Below, in pieces: positions 28,812 to 39,186 of a stretch of 64,000 nt of DNA; the stretch's first letter is position 1, and each line of letters starts with the position of its first letter. The notes under the pieces were generated by a model. The model did not search any database. It was not told where the DNA came from and worked only from the letters and a program-made list of their open reading frames with translations. The stretch comes from a virus (lineage: Duplodnaviria > Caudoviricetes): positions 44,261-108,260 of the IMG/VR virus record IMGVR_UViG_3300044846_003474, one strand, 5' to 3'. A program made the position numbers and the translations under genes.

Positions 28812-29426
28812 TTAAAACCTTTTTGGTGGTAACGGGGGATCAAGTAAGAATTTATCGTTAAGCCAATGTCTTAATTCATTTTCAACAAAGTATTCAGGTA
28901 CTTCTTGATCGTCAGGCATTTCTGAAGCTAATTCAGCAACGTATCTTGCAAATTTAACTTTAACTTTATCGTCCATTAATGTTAATAGACCATCTGAGAT
29001 AAAGAATATTTGTGTTAATGGATCTGTAACCCCTAATTCCCCTTCAGCTAAATCAAAAGATCTCATAATAGTCTTACCCCACCAAGTTCTATAGCTTGTA
29101 GTTTCTTCTAAAGTTGGTCTTAATATTTTATTTGCAGCTCTAATAATTGATCCTGTAAAACCAGCGATAGATAATTGAGGTAAAAACCAAGGCAATAATC
29201 TTAACACTGCCTTATAACCCCCTTCTCCAATATGTTTATATAATCGTTTCTTAGTTGCAGATTCAACTAATAATCTTAATTGACCAAACGTTATTTTACC
29301 TTGAGCACTACAAAACTTTTCAGCATCACAAATATTCTTAACTGCCGACTCAGAAGGTTTGATTTCAGTTTCGTTAATATATTGTATAAGATTTTTCCTT
29401 ACGATTCTTTCAATTATCACTGACAT
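28812..29426 (-). CDS. Leader-bearing hypothetical protein
   Basis: Likely start MSVIIERIVRKNLIQYINE. Confidence 0.7.
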   Translation of the reverse strand: MSVIIERIVRKNLIQYINETEIKPSESAVKNICDAEKFCSAQGKITFGQLRLLVESATKKRLYKHIGEGGYKAVLRLLPWFLPQLSIAGFTGSIIRAANKILRPTLEETTSYRTWWGKTIMRSFDLAEGELGVTDPLTQIFFISDGLLTLMDDKVKVKFARYVAELASEMPDDQEVPEYFVENELRHWLNDKFLLDPPLPPKRF

Positions 29427-29430
29427 ATCA

Positions 29431-29841
29431 TTACCAAGTTCTACACGCCCAATATCTTGGTTTCCATCTTGGGCCGGGATTATCACAATTGTGTCTTGCT
29501 CTAAATGATCTTCTTCTTTCAGGATTATTCTTCTTAATCCTCATTATTTTACCTTTGGCTGATTTTCCACCAAAACCAAAGTTTACCTTAACAACCTTAC
29601 CTTTATCATTTTTAACATATACTTTGGACTTTTTAATGTCACCTTGCATTATCTTACCCAACTGAACTTTTCTTCCCTGATATTCCGCTTCGGTTATTAA
29701 ATCGCCAATAATAAAGTTGGTTTCTTCTACTGAACCATATTCATCTTCATATAAAAAATTTGATTCATTAGTTTCTTTTAATATACTTAAAACAATTCTT
29801 TGTATGTCTGACTCGGTTAAAACAACAATATTTTTTGACAT
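29431..29841 (-). CDS. Leader + basic conserved phage domain
   Basis: VVLTESDIQRIVLSILKE; after LITE: AEYQGRKV...KVNFG...RRSFRARHNC...RYWACRTW. Confidence 0.75.
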   Translation of the reverse strand: MSKNIVVLTESDIQRIVLSILKETNESNFLYEDEYGSVEETNFIIGDLITEAEYQGRKVQLGKIMQGDIKKSKVYVKNDKGKVVKVNFGFGGKSAKGKIMRIKKNNPERRRSFRARHNCDNPGPRWKPRYWACRTW

Positions 29842-29921
29842 TAGTATAAATTTATATATTTATTTATATAAATACCTGTAAACTTTACAATTGAAATATA
29901 TTTATAGAAAAACTTTTCACT

Positions 29922-30449
29922 ATGAAAAAAATTAATTTAAACGAGAATACCATTAAAAGGTTAATAAGAAGTATTCTATTGGAGAACGACTCTGAAATAA
30001 AAGATAAGAAAAAAGCTAGACCCACTTGTTTACCTGAAAACACAATTTCATTAGATGAGATGGTTGGTCAGTCAGATGAATTTACCAGATACTCACCTGG
30101 AGTAAGTAAAAGAAGAAATGGGGTTAATTCAATGGTAGATACTTTAGGTATATTAAATAACATTAGATTATTTAAAGATGTAAAAGATGGTGGTAGTCAT
30201 TTAGCATATGAAATGATGAATAATTTGAATAAATTCAGAAATAAAAACTATTTTGATGAAACAAATCAAAAATGTAATAAAGCAATGGATAAAGTAATTG
30301 AGTTATATAAAGAAAATGAACACGGAACAGAATTAGTTAAGGACATTGAACGAGTTTTAAACCTCCAAACAAGGGACGATGAGTATACACCATCACCAAG
30401 AACTAAAGAATACCTTAAACAATGTATTAACTTAGCTAAAGGAGAGTAA
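29922..30449 (+). CDS. Leader-bearing hypothetical protein
   Basis: MKKINLNENTIKRLIRSILLE. Confidence 0.7.
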   Translation: MKKINLNENTIKRLIRSILLENDSEIKDKKKARPTCLPENTISLDEMVGQSDEFTRYSPGVSKRRNGVNSMVDTLGILNNIRLFKDVKDGGSHLAYEMMNNLNKFRNKNYFDETNQKCNKAMDKVIELYKENEHGTELVKDIERVLNLQTRDDEYTPSPRTKEYLKQCINLAKGE

Positions 30450-30540
30450 GATTTTGCTTAGGATCGTTACCGTTAAGGTAACAAACTAAAGGGACAATTC
30501 GCTACTGTCCCTTTTTTATTGCATTAAGATATTTATAAGT

Positions 30541-30858
30541 ATGAAAAACAAAAAATATTTCTTTGGATGGACAAATATTAAGAGATTTATCATGGAGATC
30601 CTTAAATTATACTCAACCACACCTTCTTTTTTTGCCAAAAAACGTGTTGAATCAGGTATTGCGTTCATTATTGCTGAATGGGGTATGGTTTTTTTCCTAT
30701 TAAAGAAGTATCCTGACCTCACAATGACCGATATTATAATGTGGGCATCAATACAATTCACTATTTCAGGTTATATTCTTCACCAAATACAAAAAGAGAA
30801 GAAAAATGGGGAGTCCAAAACGGTAAATGAAGAAGATCCAACGGAAAATAAAGAATAA
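30541..30858 (+). CDS. Small membrane protein
   Basis: Two hydrophobic segments. Confidence 0.6.
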   Translation: MKNKKYFFGWTNIKRFIMEILKLYSTTPSFFAKKRVESGIAFIIAEWGMVFFLLKKYPDLTMTDIIMWASIQFTISGYILHQIQKEKKNGESKTVNEEDPTENKE

Positions 30859-30893
30859 ATTTGCCAATTTAAATAATTTTTGTATATTTGTAT

Positions 30894-31043
30894 ATGCCAG
30901 AAAAGAAAACCCCCATAGAAACTAAGAAATACGAAAGAATTTACGAAACTGAAGACTCAATTAGTATTTGGAAATATGATACTAGTAAGTCAACCACAGG
31001 TCCTTATGAGGTTGAGATAAAACCTAAGAAGAAACAGTCATAA
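30894..31043 (+). CDS. Small hypothetical protein (49 aa)
   Basis: MPEKKTPIETKKYERIYE...; TATATTTG immediately upstream. Confidence 0.55.
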   Translation: MPEKKTPIETKKYERIYETEDSISIWKYDTSKSTTGPYEVEIKPKKKQS

Positions 31044-31046
31044 AAT

Positions 31047-31472
31047 ATGAATATTTTACCTATTTTAAGTGAGATAATACACAAAAAAGTCCTATTAAAC
31101 GACCTAAAAACGATGGATTTTAGTGAAAAAGACGCTGAAAATGAGTTAGAATACCACATAAATAGGGTAAAAAACCTACCAGAAACGATAAAAGCGTACC
31201 GAATTGTGTCTGTAAATGATAAAAAAGACATAAATATGACCAAAATTGGGTCACATTTTGCTCTAAATAGGTCAAATTTGGTCAAAAACCACTCATTTTC
31301 AACAGGATCGGGTGAAAAATACTACATAATTACCGCAAATATACCTAAAAAAGAGGTAAATCAACAAGAAACCATACATAATAACATACTTTATCCCCAA
31401 GAAAACGAGATCACGGTCAAAAATAAGGGTAAAAACGTAGAAATAATATATATTAAAGAAATAAAACCCTAA
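31047..31472 (+). CDS. Possible ADP-ribosyltransferase-fold protein
   Basis: AYR...GSHFA...QENEITV resembles the R-S-E triad. Confidence 0.4.
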   Translation: MNILPILSEIIHKKVLLNDLKTMDFSEKDAENELEYHINRVKNLPETIKAYRIVSVNDKKDINMTKIGSHFALNRSNLVKNHSFSTGSGEKYYIITANIPKKEVNQQETIHNNILYPQENEITVKNKGKNVEIIYIKEIKP

Positions 31473-31483
31473 TTAATAGGGTT

Positions 31484-31714
31484 TTATTGTTTTTTCTTAA
31501 AGAAATCTTGGATTATTTTCATTTGTTGAGTAATATCTCCCATATTACTCATATTACCCATATTTTTAGGGTTAAGCATGGTTTTATTCATATTAGTTAG
31601 GTTTTTGGCCATCTCAAAGAACGATTTACCAAATTTTTTCCACCAAATGTACAAACCAACACCAAAAACTATTAAAACTAGTGTAAAAACACATAAAACT
31701 ACTGTAAAAAACAT
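31484..31714 (-). CDS. Small membrane protein
   Basis: N-terminal TM followed by WWKK. Confidence 0.6.
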   Translation of the reverse strand: MFFTVVLCVFTLVLIVFGVGLYIWWKKFGKSFFEMAKNLTNMNKTMLNPKNMGNMSNMGDITQQMKIIQDFFKKKQ

Positions 31715-31764
31715 ATTATTAAGATTTATACTTAATTTTAATCTATTTTATGGTGTATGTCAAG

Positions 31765-32589
31765 TTATTTAAGTAAATTATAGTACTCTTTGAAGTGTTT
31801 AATACGATCAGGTAGTCCAATTGTGCCTCCATTCACTCTTTTTGTTACTGCAGTTACCGTTGCATCGTCAGATCCCTTGTCACAGATAGACCATAACTTG
31901 TTTGAGTCAAAAAAGAACGCCGCAGAAGCCAATGGATACTTAGTTGCAACCAAATCGGGGTTAGAAATACAATCTTCACCAATAAATTTGGTAAAATTTG
32001 TGTAATTTGACTTACCTGTCAACTGAATATACCCTCTACCTCTGAATTTGAACCCTTCTTTAGTGGTTTCATCCCCATTTCCCATTCTACTAGCGTAAAC
32101 ACGAGCTGCAATCTTTTCAGGTTGACGAGCATATGATTCATTTAGGTTACCAGGGAAGTATTTTCCGAATATTTTCTTCAAACCATCCGCAGAATAGTTT
32201 AAATTCTCAGAAACCGCCTTAAAACCTCCTGATTCGTGACCACATTGAGCCAAAAAGTGAGCCAAACGTAGATTATTTGTAATATTGAACTTTTTTGCAG
32301 TCTCAGGTATCTGTGCAATCACTGCATCAGGTATATGTCCCTTTAATTTTTCAATATTTAATGATCCACCTGAAGGAATTACCACATCTTCTTTGATAAT
32401 TTTAGTAGATCCGAACATTTTTGACCATGTTCCATCACCAACAATACCATCTGCGGTTAATCCATTGGTAGATTGCCATTGTTTTACTGCTTTTTCTGTT
32501 CCAGGTCCAAATGCACCGTCAGCAGTAAGTCCTAATTTTGTTTGGAGTGTTTTTACATCCTCTCCTTTAGATCCATTTTTTAATAACAT
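31765..32589 (-). CDS. Endolysin: peptidoglycan-binding + GH19 domain
   Basis: LKNGSKGEDVKTLQ..DG.FGPGTE; HFLAQCGHESGGF, RGRGYIQLTG, VTKRVNGG. Confidence 0.9.
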   Translation of the reverse strand: MLLKNGSKGEDVKTLQTKLGLTADGAFGPGTEKAVKQWQSTNGLTADGIVGDGTWSKMFGSTKIIKEDVVIPSGGSLNIEKLKGHIPDAVIAQIPETAKKFNITNNLRLAHFLAQCGHESGGFKAVSENLNYSADGLKKIFGKYFPGNLNESYARQPEKIAARVYASRMGNGDETTKEGFKFRGRGYIQLTGKSNYTNFTKFIGEDCISNPDLVATKYPLASAAFFFDSNKLWSICDKGSDDATVTAVTKRVNGGTIGLPDRIKHFKEYYNLLK

Positions 32590-32694
32590 AATATATAATT
32601 TTATTATAAATATAAAATTAAATTGAAAGTAAACACTTTAACAAAAAAAAATGAAATTTTTAAAGTAAAATGATACTTATTATATAAAAGAGTT

Positions 32695-33291
32695 ATGGGA
32701 CACGATAAAGAACAGGTTGAGGCTGCCGTAAAAGCCAAAGGTTACGTTTGGTTTGAAGACGTAAACAACAAAGGATACGATGTTAACATCGTTGGTATTA
32801 GGAACTCGTCTACGGGTGATAAAGTTACAAATTTGTTTGATGATTTATTAACTATTTCGTACAAAGAAAATGGTGAATGGAAATTTCATTCTTGGCCGGC
32901 AACTACAGATCCAGGAACAAAGGGGGTTAAACAATTTGGTAATAAATCTGGAGTTGCTAGACTTGTTGAAGGTCAATACAGAGGTTCTCACATTATTAGA
33001 TTACATGGAGGAAAATACGAAGCTTTAGGACAAAACAAACCAGTTAAAGTTTATAGAGATGCAAACCGTGATATGGTATATGACGAAAAACTAATTCAAG
33101 AAGGTGTTTTTGGAATAAATATTCACAAAGCAGGTGCCGATTCTACATATGTGGAAAATTGGTCTGAAGGATGTCAAGTATTTAAAAAATCTGCCGACTT
33201 TGAGGAATTTATGAAAATTTGTAGAAAGTCAAAAGATATTCACGGTAATTCTTTCACTTATACATTAATAGAATCTTCGGATATAAAATAA
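32695..33291 (+). CDS. L,D-transpeptidase-like (YkuD-fold) protein
   Basis: GINIHKAG...NWSEGCQV (H...WSxGC). Confidence 0.6.
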   Translation: MGHDKEQVEAAVKAKGYVWFEDVNNKGYDVNIVGIRNSSTGDKVTNLFDDLLTISYKENGEWKFHSWPATTDPGTKGVKQFGNKSGVARLVEGQYRGSHIIRLHGGKYEALGQNKPVKVYRDANRDMVYDEKLIQEGVFGINIHKAGADSTYVENWSEGCQVFKKSADFEEFMKICRKSKDIHGNSFTYTLIESSDIK

Positions 33292-33311
33292 CTAAACAAA
33301 AACAACACATA

Positions 33312-35222
33312 ATGAAAAATTTATTTAGATTTATTCTAACTTTACTTTTATTTATCCCATTTATTGGGTTTTCACAAGTACCTGCAGCACCATCTAATGG
33401 TTTATGGGGTATTATCGCATCACAATACCAAGTAGGGACTACTGCTCAGGGTACAACTACCGCTAAAATTACGTTACAAAACACTACACTAACAAAATTT
33501 GCGGGAGTTCAATTCAGAGTATTCTATGATAAGGTAGCTTTTACAAATGCAACTGTATCATTGATAGGATCAACAACAAACTTAGACCTTCAATATATAA
33601 CTAACACAACAAATGGTTATATTACTGTTACTTTAAGTTATACAGGACCAAGTGCGACGTACACAATACCAAATGGTGAGAATTTTTTAATCACATTTAC
33701 TCACGCACCGGCATCCACATTCAATAACTTAGCTTCTATAAGTAATTTAACTTGGACAGGGGTTCAAACTTTCACACCATATGCCGCAAAACAAGATGGT
33801 ATGGATACTACTTTAAGTGTTCATAACTACGGTGGTGTATTTACACCTGTAAACTTTGCATATCACGGAACATTTACAAACGTAACGGGTACGGGAGCAA
33901 AAACCTTAACCTTATCTTTAGAAAAGAAACCATTAGGTGGTAATACTTGGACACAACACTCTATATACACAACAGATAATGATGGTGATTTTGCCATTTC
34001 AGTTCCATTGGATACAACTTTTTGGGATGTTCGTTTATCCGTTCAAGGTGATACTATGGGTGTAGGTAACGTTATCTCATCAACAGATGCTCAATTAATT
34101 AATCAGTGGGTATTGGGTAACGGTACTATGACAGGATTTAACTACTACACTGCAGATGTTAATGGATCGTATAGTACTACAATATCTGATGTATGGGGTG
34201 TGTTTGGTAGAGTTTCGGGTAGATTTACTCAATGGCCTAACAACACTAAAGATGTTAAATTCTTTACATCATCAGAATACACAACAATTAACGGATCACC
34301 AACTAACTACACATCAACAATTGGTGGTGTTACTAACTTTACATTTGATATATTACCGGGTCAACCTGATTCAGTTGTTTATTATGTAATGGTATCGGGT
34401 GATGCAAATGGCACAGGTTATCATATGGCTCGTGTTACTCCTATTGAAGTAGTTGTTGGACCGGCTCCTGGTTTAGAGAACCAAATCTATAATGTTATTG
34501 ACACTAAAGTTGAATACGATTTCCCTACACAATCTATTGAGGTAAACGTACCACACATTTCAGTACAAGCTGGAAATTTGGTTGAACTTCCTGTTAAAGT
34601 TAATACTAACGGGGTGGAGTTAAGTTCATTACAGTTTGGTTTTAAATATGACGACACATTATTAGAATTTAAAGGTATTATTTCTTCGGCAGGTGCTATG
34701 AAATGGATTTCATATGTTAATGCTAACGATAGTGAAATTGATTGGGGTGGATTTGACCCAACAAATAATACAAATACATTAAAAGATGGTGACCAAGTAG
34801 TTACATTACAATTCTTGGCTTTACAACCACAAAATTTATGGGAGGCAAGTCCATTATATACTACAAGAAAATTTGCAGGTAATACTTTATCAAAAGACTT
34901 AACCTTAACTCCCACAAATGGTATTCTTCAAGTGTTAAAAATGGAAGGTGGTGAAATTCTAAATGGTAATAACATGGAAGTTTATCCTAACCCATATCAA
35001 GATGAGGTAACAATTACATTCAAAGTTGAAGAAACTACAAACGCTACGTTATCAATTTATGATATTGTAGGTAGAAAATTAGTTACAATTTTGGATACGC
35101 AAATCCCTAATGGGGTTTATAACTACACTAAAGATTTAGGGCAATTAGTTCCTGGTGTATATGTAGTTAAACTTACTGTAGAAAATGGTGTTTCATCATT
35201 TGAAAGAATAGTAAAACAATAA
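33312..35222 (+). CDS. Secreted cohesin/dockerin-like protein with T9SS type-A C-terminal sorting domain
   Basis: Sec signal ending FSQ; cohesin-like GVQFRVFYD and SLQFGFKYD; dockerin-like ADVNGS...ISD; CTD VYPNP...IYDIVGRK...GVYVVK...RIVK. Confidence 0.8.
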   Translation: MKNLFRFILTLLLFIPFIGFSQVPAAPSNGLWGIIASQYQVGTTAQGTTTAKITLQNTTLTKFAGVQFRVFYDKVAFTNATVSLIGSTTNLDLQYITNTTNGYITVTLSYTGPSATYTIPNGENFLITFTHAPASTFNNLASISNLTWTGVQTFTPYAAKQDGMDTTLSVHNYGGVFTPVNFAYHGTFTNVTGTGAKTLTLSLEKKPLGGNTWTQHSIYTTDNDGDFAISVPLDTTFWDVRLSVQGDTMGVGNVISSTDAQLINQWVLGNGTMTGFNYYTADVNGSYSTTISDVWGVFGRVSGRFTQWPNNTKDVKFFTSSEYTTINGSPTNYTSTIGGVTNFTFDILPGQPDSVVYYVMVSGDANGTGYHMARVTPIEVVVGPAPGLENQIYNVIDTKVEYDFPTQSIEVNVPHISVQAGNLVELPVKVNTNGVELSSLQFGFKYDDTLLEFKGIISSAGAMKWISYVNANDSEIDWGGFDPTNNTNTLKDGDQVVTLQFLALQPQNLWEASPLYTTRKFAGNTLSKDLTLTPTNGILQVLKMEGGEILNGNNMEVYPNPYQDEVTITFKVEETTNATLSIYDIVGRKLVTILDTQIPNGVYNYTKDLGQLVPGVYVVKLTVENGVSSFERIVKQ

Positions 35223-35247
35223 ACAAATAAATAAAAACAAAAAAACA

Positions 35248-35583
35248 ATGAGTGAAGAAACACAAGAGGCAAATGACGGAACTTGGTCAGGTCTAAAAAA
35301 AACAATCATCGGAACACTTACTACTGTTATTGCAGGTGGTGGAGTGTGGGTTAGTACGATAATATTTGGTGGTCATGAAGAACCAAAAGAAGAAACTAAA
35401 ACAGAACAAAATGGAGGTCAAGCACCAATCACTATTAATGTACAACAAAACCAAGAAAATAAACAAAAAACTGAAAACAATGGTGGTGGTACCGTAATTC
35501 GTGAAAGAATTATTGAGAAACCTACATCCAATCCTCAACCAACTCAACCTCAACCTAAAAAAGAGGAAGAAGAATCTTGGTAA
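35248..35583 (+). CDS. Single-TM protein
   Basis: LKKTIIGTLTTVIAGGGVW then a polar tail. Confidence 0.7.
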   Translation: MSEETQEANDGTWSGLKKTIIGTLTTVIAGGGVWVSTIIFGGHEEPKEETKTEQNGGQAPITINVQQNQENKQKTENNGGGTVIRERIIEKPTSNPQPTQPQPKKEEEESW

Positions 35584-35618
35584 TAAACAATTAAAATAAA
35601 CAAATAAAAAAAAACAAA

Positions 35619-35906
35619 ATGTCAGAAAAGAAAACAAAAAAGAAATCATTCTTAGTAAGAATGTTTATGGATCAAAATGATATAAACGAAAAATCAATAG
35701 TAGGTTTTGGTTCATTTTTAATGATGGTGGTGTGTCTTGGTGTTGATATTTGGACAGGATTTCACGGACAAAAAATGCCAATTAACCAATTCATTTATGA
35801 TGGGTTTTTATGGATCACTTTAGGTTGTTTTGGTATTGCATCTGTTGACAAATACTTTGCCGGTAAAAACAAATCTAAATACGAAGAAGAAGAAGTAGAA
35901 GGATAA
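35619..35906 (+). CDS. Two-TM membrane protein
   Basis: NEKSIVGF...ITLGCFGIASVDK. Confidence 0.7.
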   Translation: MSEKKTKKKSFLVRMFMDQNDINEKSIVGFGSFLMMVVCLGVDIWTGFHGQKMPINQFIYDGFLWITLGCFGIASVDKYFAGKNKSKYEEEEVEG

Positions 35907-36646
35907 TGAAAAAAATATTTTACATATTACCATTGTTATTAATTGGGTGTAAAACTTTACAGGCCCAGCCCCCTCAAAATGGAGGGGGTATTGGTTCTGT
36001 TAAGACTGAACAATATCAAGCTGAATTTGAGAAAAAACAATCAATTAATGATGTTGCAAATTATACTGATACAATACAAGTTCCTATCCAATTATTAAAG
36101 ATTGGTATTAACGAAGAATTGTATGAATTATATCCTGAACTTAAAGATAAAAGAGTAGGTTTAGGTGTGACAAACATTGTAATTGAGTATTTGGAGTACA
36201 CAGGTAGATTTGTATTTACCGAAGAAAAGGAAGACATCAAACAACGAATGATTGCTCAGGACAAAGCGTCTGATAAAGGAATTTCAGTTAATAAAATTGA
36301 TGTAAAAGGAAATGTAATCTTGGCTAAGTATTTTGTATACATAGAAGTTTATGACTTTAGTGTATCGGAGGATGAGGTAGTTAAGGTTAATGGTCAACAA
36401 ACAACAACACAAACAACACGTTTAGGATTACAAATTAAATTTGTAGATGCTGAAACAAGTCAAGTGATCGTAGGTTCAGGATTAGGTGAAGCAAGTACAG
36501 TAAAAACCTCAAATATTTTGGGGGACATCTCTGATGATGTTAAATTCAACCAATCAACTATTGGTATAACAACAAAGAAAGCGTTAGAAACCGCATCTTC
36601 AAGAGTGGTGAGTCGCCTTATCACGAAAGGAGTATTTAAAAATTGA
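35906..36646 (+). CDS. CsgG/HfaB-like outer-membrane lipoprotein
   Basis: LLIGC lipobox; GLGVTNIVIEYL..TGRF...E; LQIKFVDAETSQV. Confidence 0.6.
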   Translation: MKKIFYILPLLLIGCKTLQAQPPQNGGGIGSVKTEQYQAEFEKKQSINDVANYTDTIQVPIQLLKIGINEELYELYPELKDKRVGLGVTNIVIEYLEYTGRFVFTEEKEDIKQRMIAQDKASDKGISVNKIDVKGNVILAKYFVYIEVYDFSVSEDEVVKVNGQQTTTQTTRLGLQIKFVDAETSQVIVGSGLGEASTVKTSNILGDISDDVKFNQSTIGITTKKALETASSRVVSRLITKGVFKN

Positions 36647-38208
36647 GACTAAATGTTATCATATTTATATTGTTCTGTTTGTTTAATTTTTTTAAGTTAA
36701 ACGCACAAACATATAATTATAGTTACTCTGATCCCTGTACGGGAAATATTAAAACCATAGTGGTACCAATAAATGGTAATGTTACAGTAGGATACTATGG
36801 CGAAATTGGGTCATTTAGTCAAAACGATTTTACAAACGGGACTTTTGATGCTTGGACTAATAACATATTTTCACAATATGGGACAAATAGTCCTTGTTCT
36901 GAAATAGTAGGTTTAGGTACGGCAATAAATGTTACTCAAGGAACTGCGTTAAATGTTATCGGAATTCTAAACTCATTATCATCAATATCTGATTTAGCTT
37001 CAGGATCCACTAATATATTAGGAGGATCTGTTAGTTCTTTAAGTAATGGGGGATCTGGTAATAACAACAAAAAAGGGAATAATTCTCAAAATGGAAGTGG
37101 GAATGTCACAACCAATAATACTCAAAATCAAACGAATGGAACAAGTAACTCTACTCAAGGAGGTTCAACCACTTCTGGATCAAATGAAGGAACTACAAAC
37201 GGAGGAAATGGAACCACTAATCAAAATGTTGGAACTCAAAATTCAACACAAGCAGGAGGAACTACAACTGAAGGTGGATCAAATGAAACAGGAACTCAGT
37301 CGTCTGAATCGTCTGTAAATGGTGGTACAGGAGAAACTAATGGAAACGGGGAAACACCAATAAACAATCAAACAACAACTGAAAATGGAAATAATAGTAG
37401 TGGGGGTGGGAATGTCTCTAATAGTGGGGGTGGGAGTGGTGAATCTACTTCAGGAAATAACCAAACGCAAGAAACTCAAACAACGGAAGAAGGGGGAGGA
37501 CAAACAAATATAACAGGGGGAGCAACCACAACAATAAAATCAACACCATCAAGTAAAGAAGGTGGGAAACCAACAATTGTTGCGAATGGTGATTTTGTTG
37601 GTTTTAACTTTAGAAACTCTGATGTTAGAACAGGTTTAAAGTTAACAGGTGGATATACTGCAATGAGATGGGACGGTAAAAGAAGTTCAGGGTGTTTAGT
37701 TGATTATACATCAGCACTTAGAGGACCTAACATAACAGGATTTTACGCATTCATTAAACCTAAATCAATTATAATAGGTTCAGGTACATTGACCGTAGGA
37801 TTTGAGGGTAATAAATCATTATATGGAACAATAGCGGTAGGTCAAATGTTCACATTTAAAAAACCTAAATCACTTAAACTTATATATATGGGTACAGTAT
37901 CTTATGGTCAAGTATATAGAGAATCTTTTTTAGGTACTGCGTTAATTGTGGGAGCAACTTATGATATGAATATAGGAAAACGATTAGATATTAAATTAAT
38001 GAACTTAATGGTTTATGCGCCTTATGTTAGTTATTATAATGATGTTGTATTAAAATCTCCTTATGTAATGTTACCAAGTATTGGTACAAATATTAAAATT
38101 ACAAAAAAGTTTAAATTTAACATAAACGCAGGTGGCGCTTGGGATTTAAAAACAAGTGCTTTAAATTATACAGTAACGTGTGGAGCAAGAATGTTAGTAG
38201 GACAATAA
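36643..38208 (+). CDS. Secreted protein with long G/S/N/T-rich linker and probable C-terminal beta-barrel
   Basis: Signal peptide ending LNAQ; ~170-aa low-complexity stalk; alternating hydrophobic beta strands at C-terminus. Confidence 0.65.
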   Translation: MRLNVIIFILFCLFNFFKLNAQTYNYSYSDPCTGNIKTIVVPINGNVTVGYYGEIGSFSQNDFTNGTFDAWTNNIFSQYGTNSPCSEIVGLGTAINVTQGTALNVIGILNSLSSISDLASGSTNILGGSVSSLSNGGSGNNNKKGNNSQNGSGNVTTNNTQNQTNGTSNSTQGGSTTSGSNEGTTNGGNGTTNQNVGTQNSTQAGGTTTEGGSNETGTQSSESSVNGGTGETNGNGETPINNQTTTENGNNSSGGGNVSNSGGGSGESTSGNNQTQETQTTEEGGGQTNITGGATTTIKSTPSSKEGGKPTIVANGDFVGFNFRNSDVRTGLKLTGGYTAMRWDGKRSSGCLVDYTSALRGPNITGFYAFIKPKSIIIGSGTLTVGFEGNKSLYGTIAVGQMFTFKKPKSLKLIYMGTVSYGQVYRESFLGTALIVGATYDMNIGKRLDIKLMNLMVYAPYVSYYNDVVLKSPYVMLPSIGTNIKITKKFKFNINAGGAWDLKTSALNYTVTCGARMLVGQ

Positions 38209-39185
38209 TAACTTTAATGTTATTTGTATTTCCGTTTATGGGGTTTACTCAAAACTTTACATATTCGGGATACATTTATAATGCAGATGGAACAGGCGCA
38301 ATTAATGTACCTGTTAAATTATATAAAAGAACTACACCCGTAATGAATGGGTTTACATCACAAAATAATTTTAATGGGCATTCATACTATAGATCAACAG
38401 GGTCAATGACTTGGACTGCAGCTAAACAAGCCTGTATTAATATGGGGGGACATCTTGTTACCTCAACTACATTGGCTGAAAATAATTTTTTATTCGGATT
38501 ATGGCCAAGTGGGTGGATTGGATTAACCGATGAAGTTACCGAAGGTGTTTGGCAATGGGTAACAGGAGAACCATATTCATGGTCTTATTGGAATGGGGGT
38601 GAGCCAAACAACGCTGGTAACGAAGACTACGTCCAATTTGTTGGTGCAGGTAGATGGAATGACTTACCTAATTCATCATTACCATACGTGTTAGAGTTTG
38701 AATATGTGGTTACATATACCGAATGGGTTTTATTTCAAACCGTATATACTAACTCATCAGGATATTATTCAATATCTCAACCTACAAGCCCTGCGGTTGA
38801 GTGGTACTTACAATACGATGCTACAACACCTGTAACCGCATTACAAATAACAGATATGGTAGAGGTTTCTAAAATAGTATTAGGTACAACCCCAATTAAA
38901 AGTATTCATTACCACAGATATGATGTTAACTACGATGGTAAGATAAACATTGCGGATCAAAATTTTATTAACTTAAGGAGGTATAACATATTAACAAATT
39001 GGATTACAATGACTCCATCTAAATTATATACTTCAGCACAATATACGACATTAACGACAAATACATCTGACATGAGATCAACAATTCCTGGTGTATCATC
39101 TATAACAATAAACTCACCTGTAAGTGGTGGATCACAAAACTATTATTTGATTGCTCCTGGGTATAAAACAACCGTAAATTATTAA
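38178..39185 (+). CDS. Secreted C-type lectin + dockerin-like protein
   Basis: GTG start with signal peptide; WTAAKQAC..MGGHL, WIGLTD, EPNN...EDY...WND; YDVNYDGKINIAD. Confidence 0.8.
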   Translation: MWSKNVSRTIITLMLFVFPFMGFTQNFTYSGYIYNADGTGAINVPVKLYKRTTPVMNGFTSQNNFNGHSYYRSTGSMTWTAAKQACINMGGHLVTSTTLAENNFLFGLWPSGWIGLTDEVTEGVWQWVTGEPYSWSYWNGGEPNNAGNEDYVQFVGAGRWNDLPNSSLPYVLEFEYVVTYTEWVLFQTVYTNSSGYYSISQPTSPAVEWYLQYDATTPVTALQITDMVEVSKIVLGTTPIKSIHYHRYDVNYDGKINIADQNFINLRRYNILTNWITMTPSKLYTSAQYTTLTTNTSDMRSTIPGVSSITINSPVSGGSQNYYLIAPGYKTTVNY

Positions 39186-39186
39186 A

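Noticed and set aside
37040-37560. Curlin (CsgA/B) repeats next to the CsgG-like gene
   Set aside because: Region is G/S/N/T-rich but lacks regular N-x-A-x-x-x-Q curlin periodicity; treated as a flexible stalk
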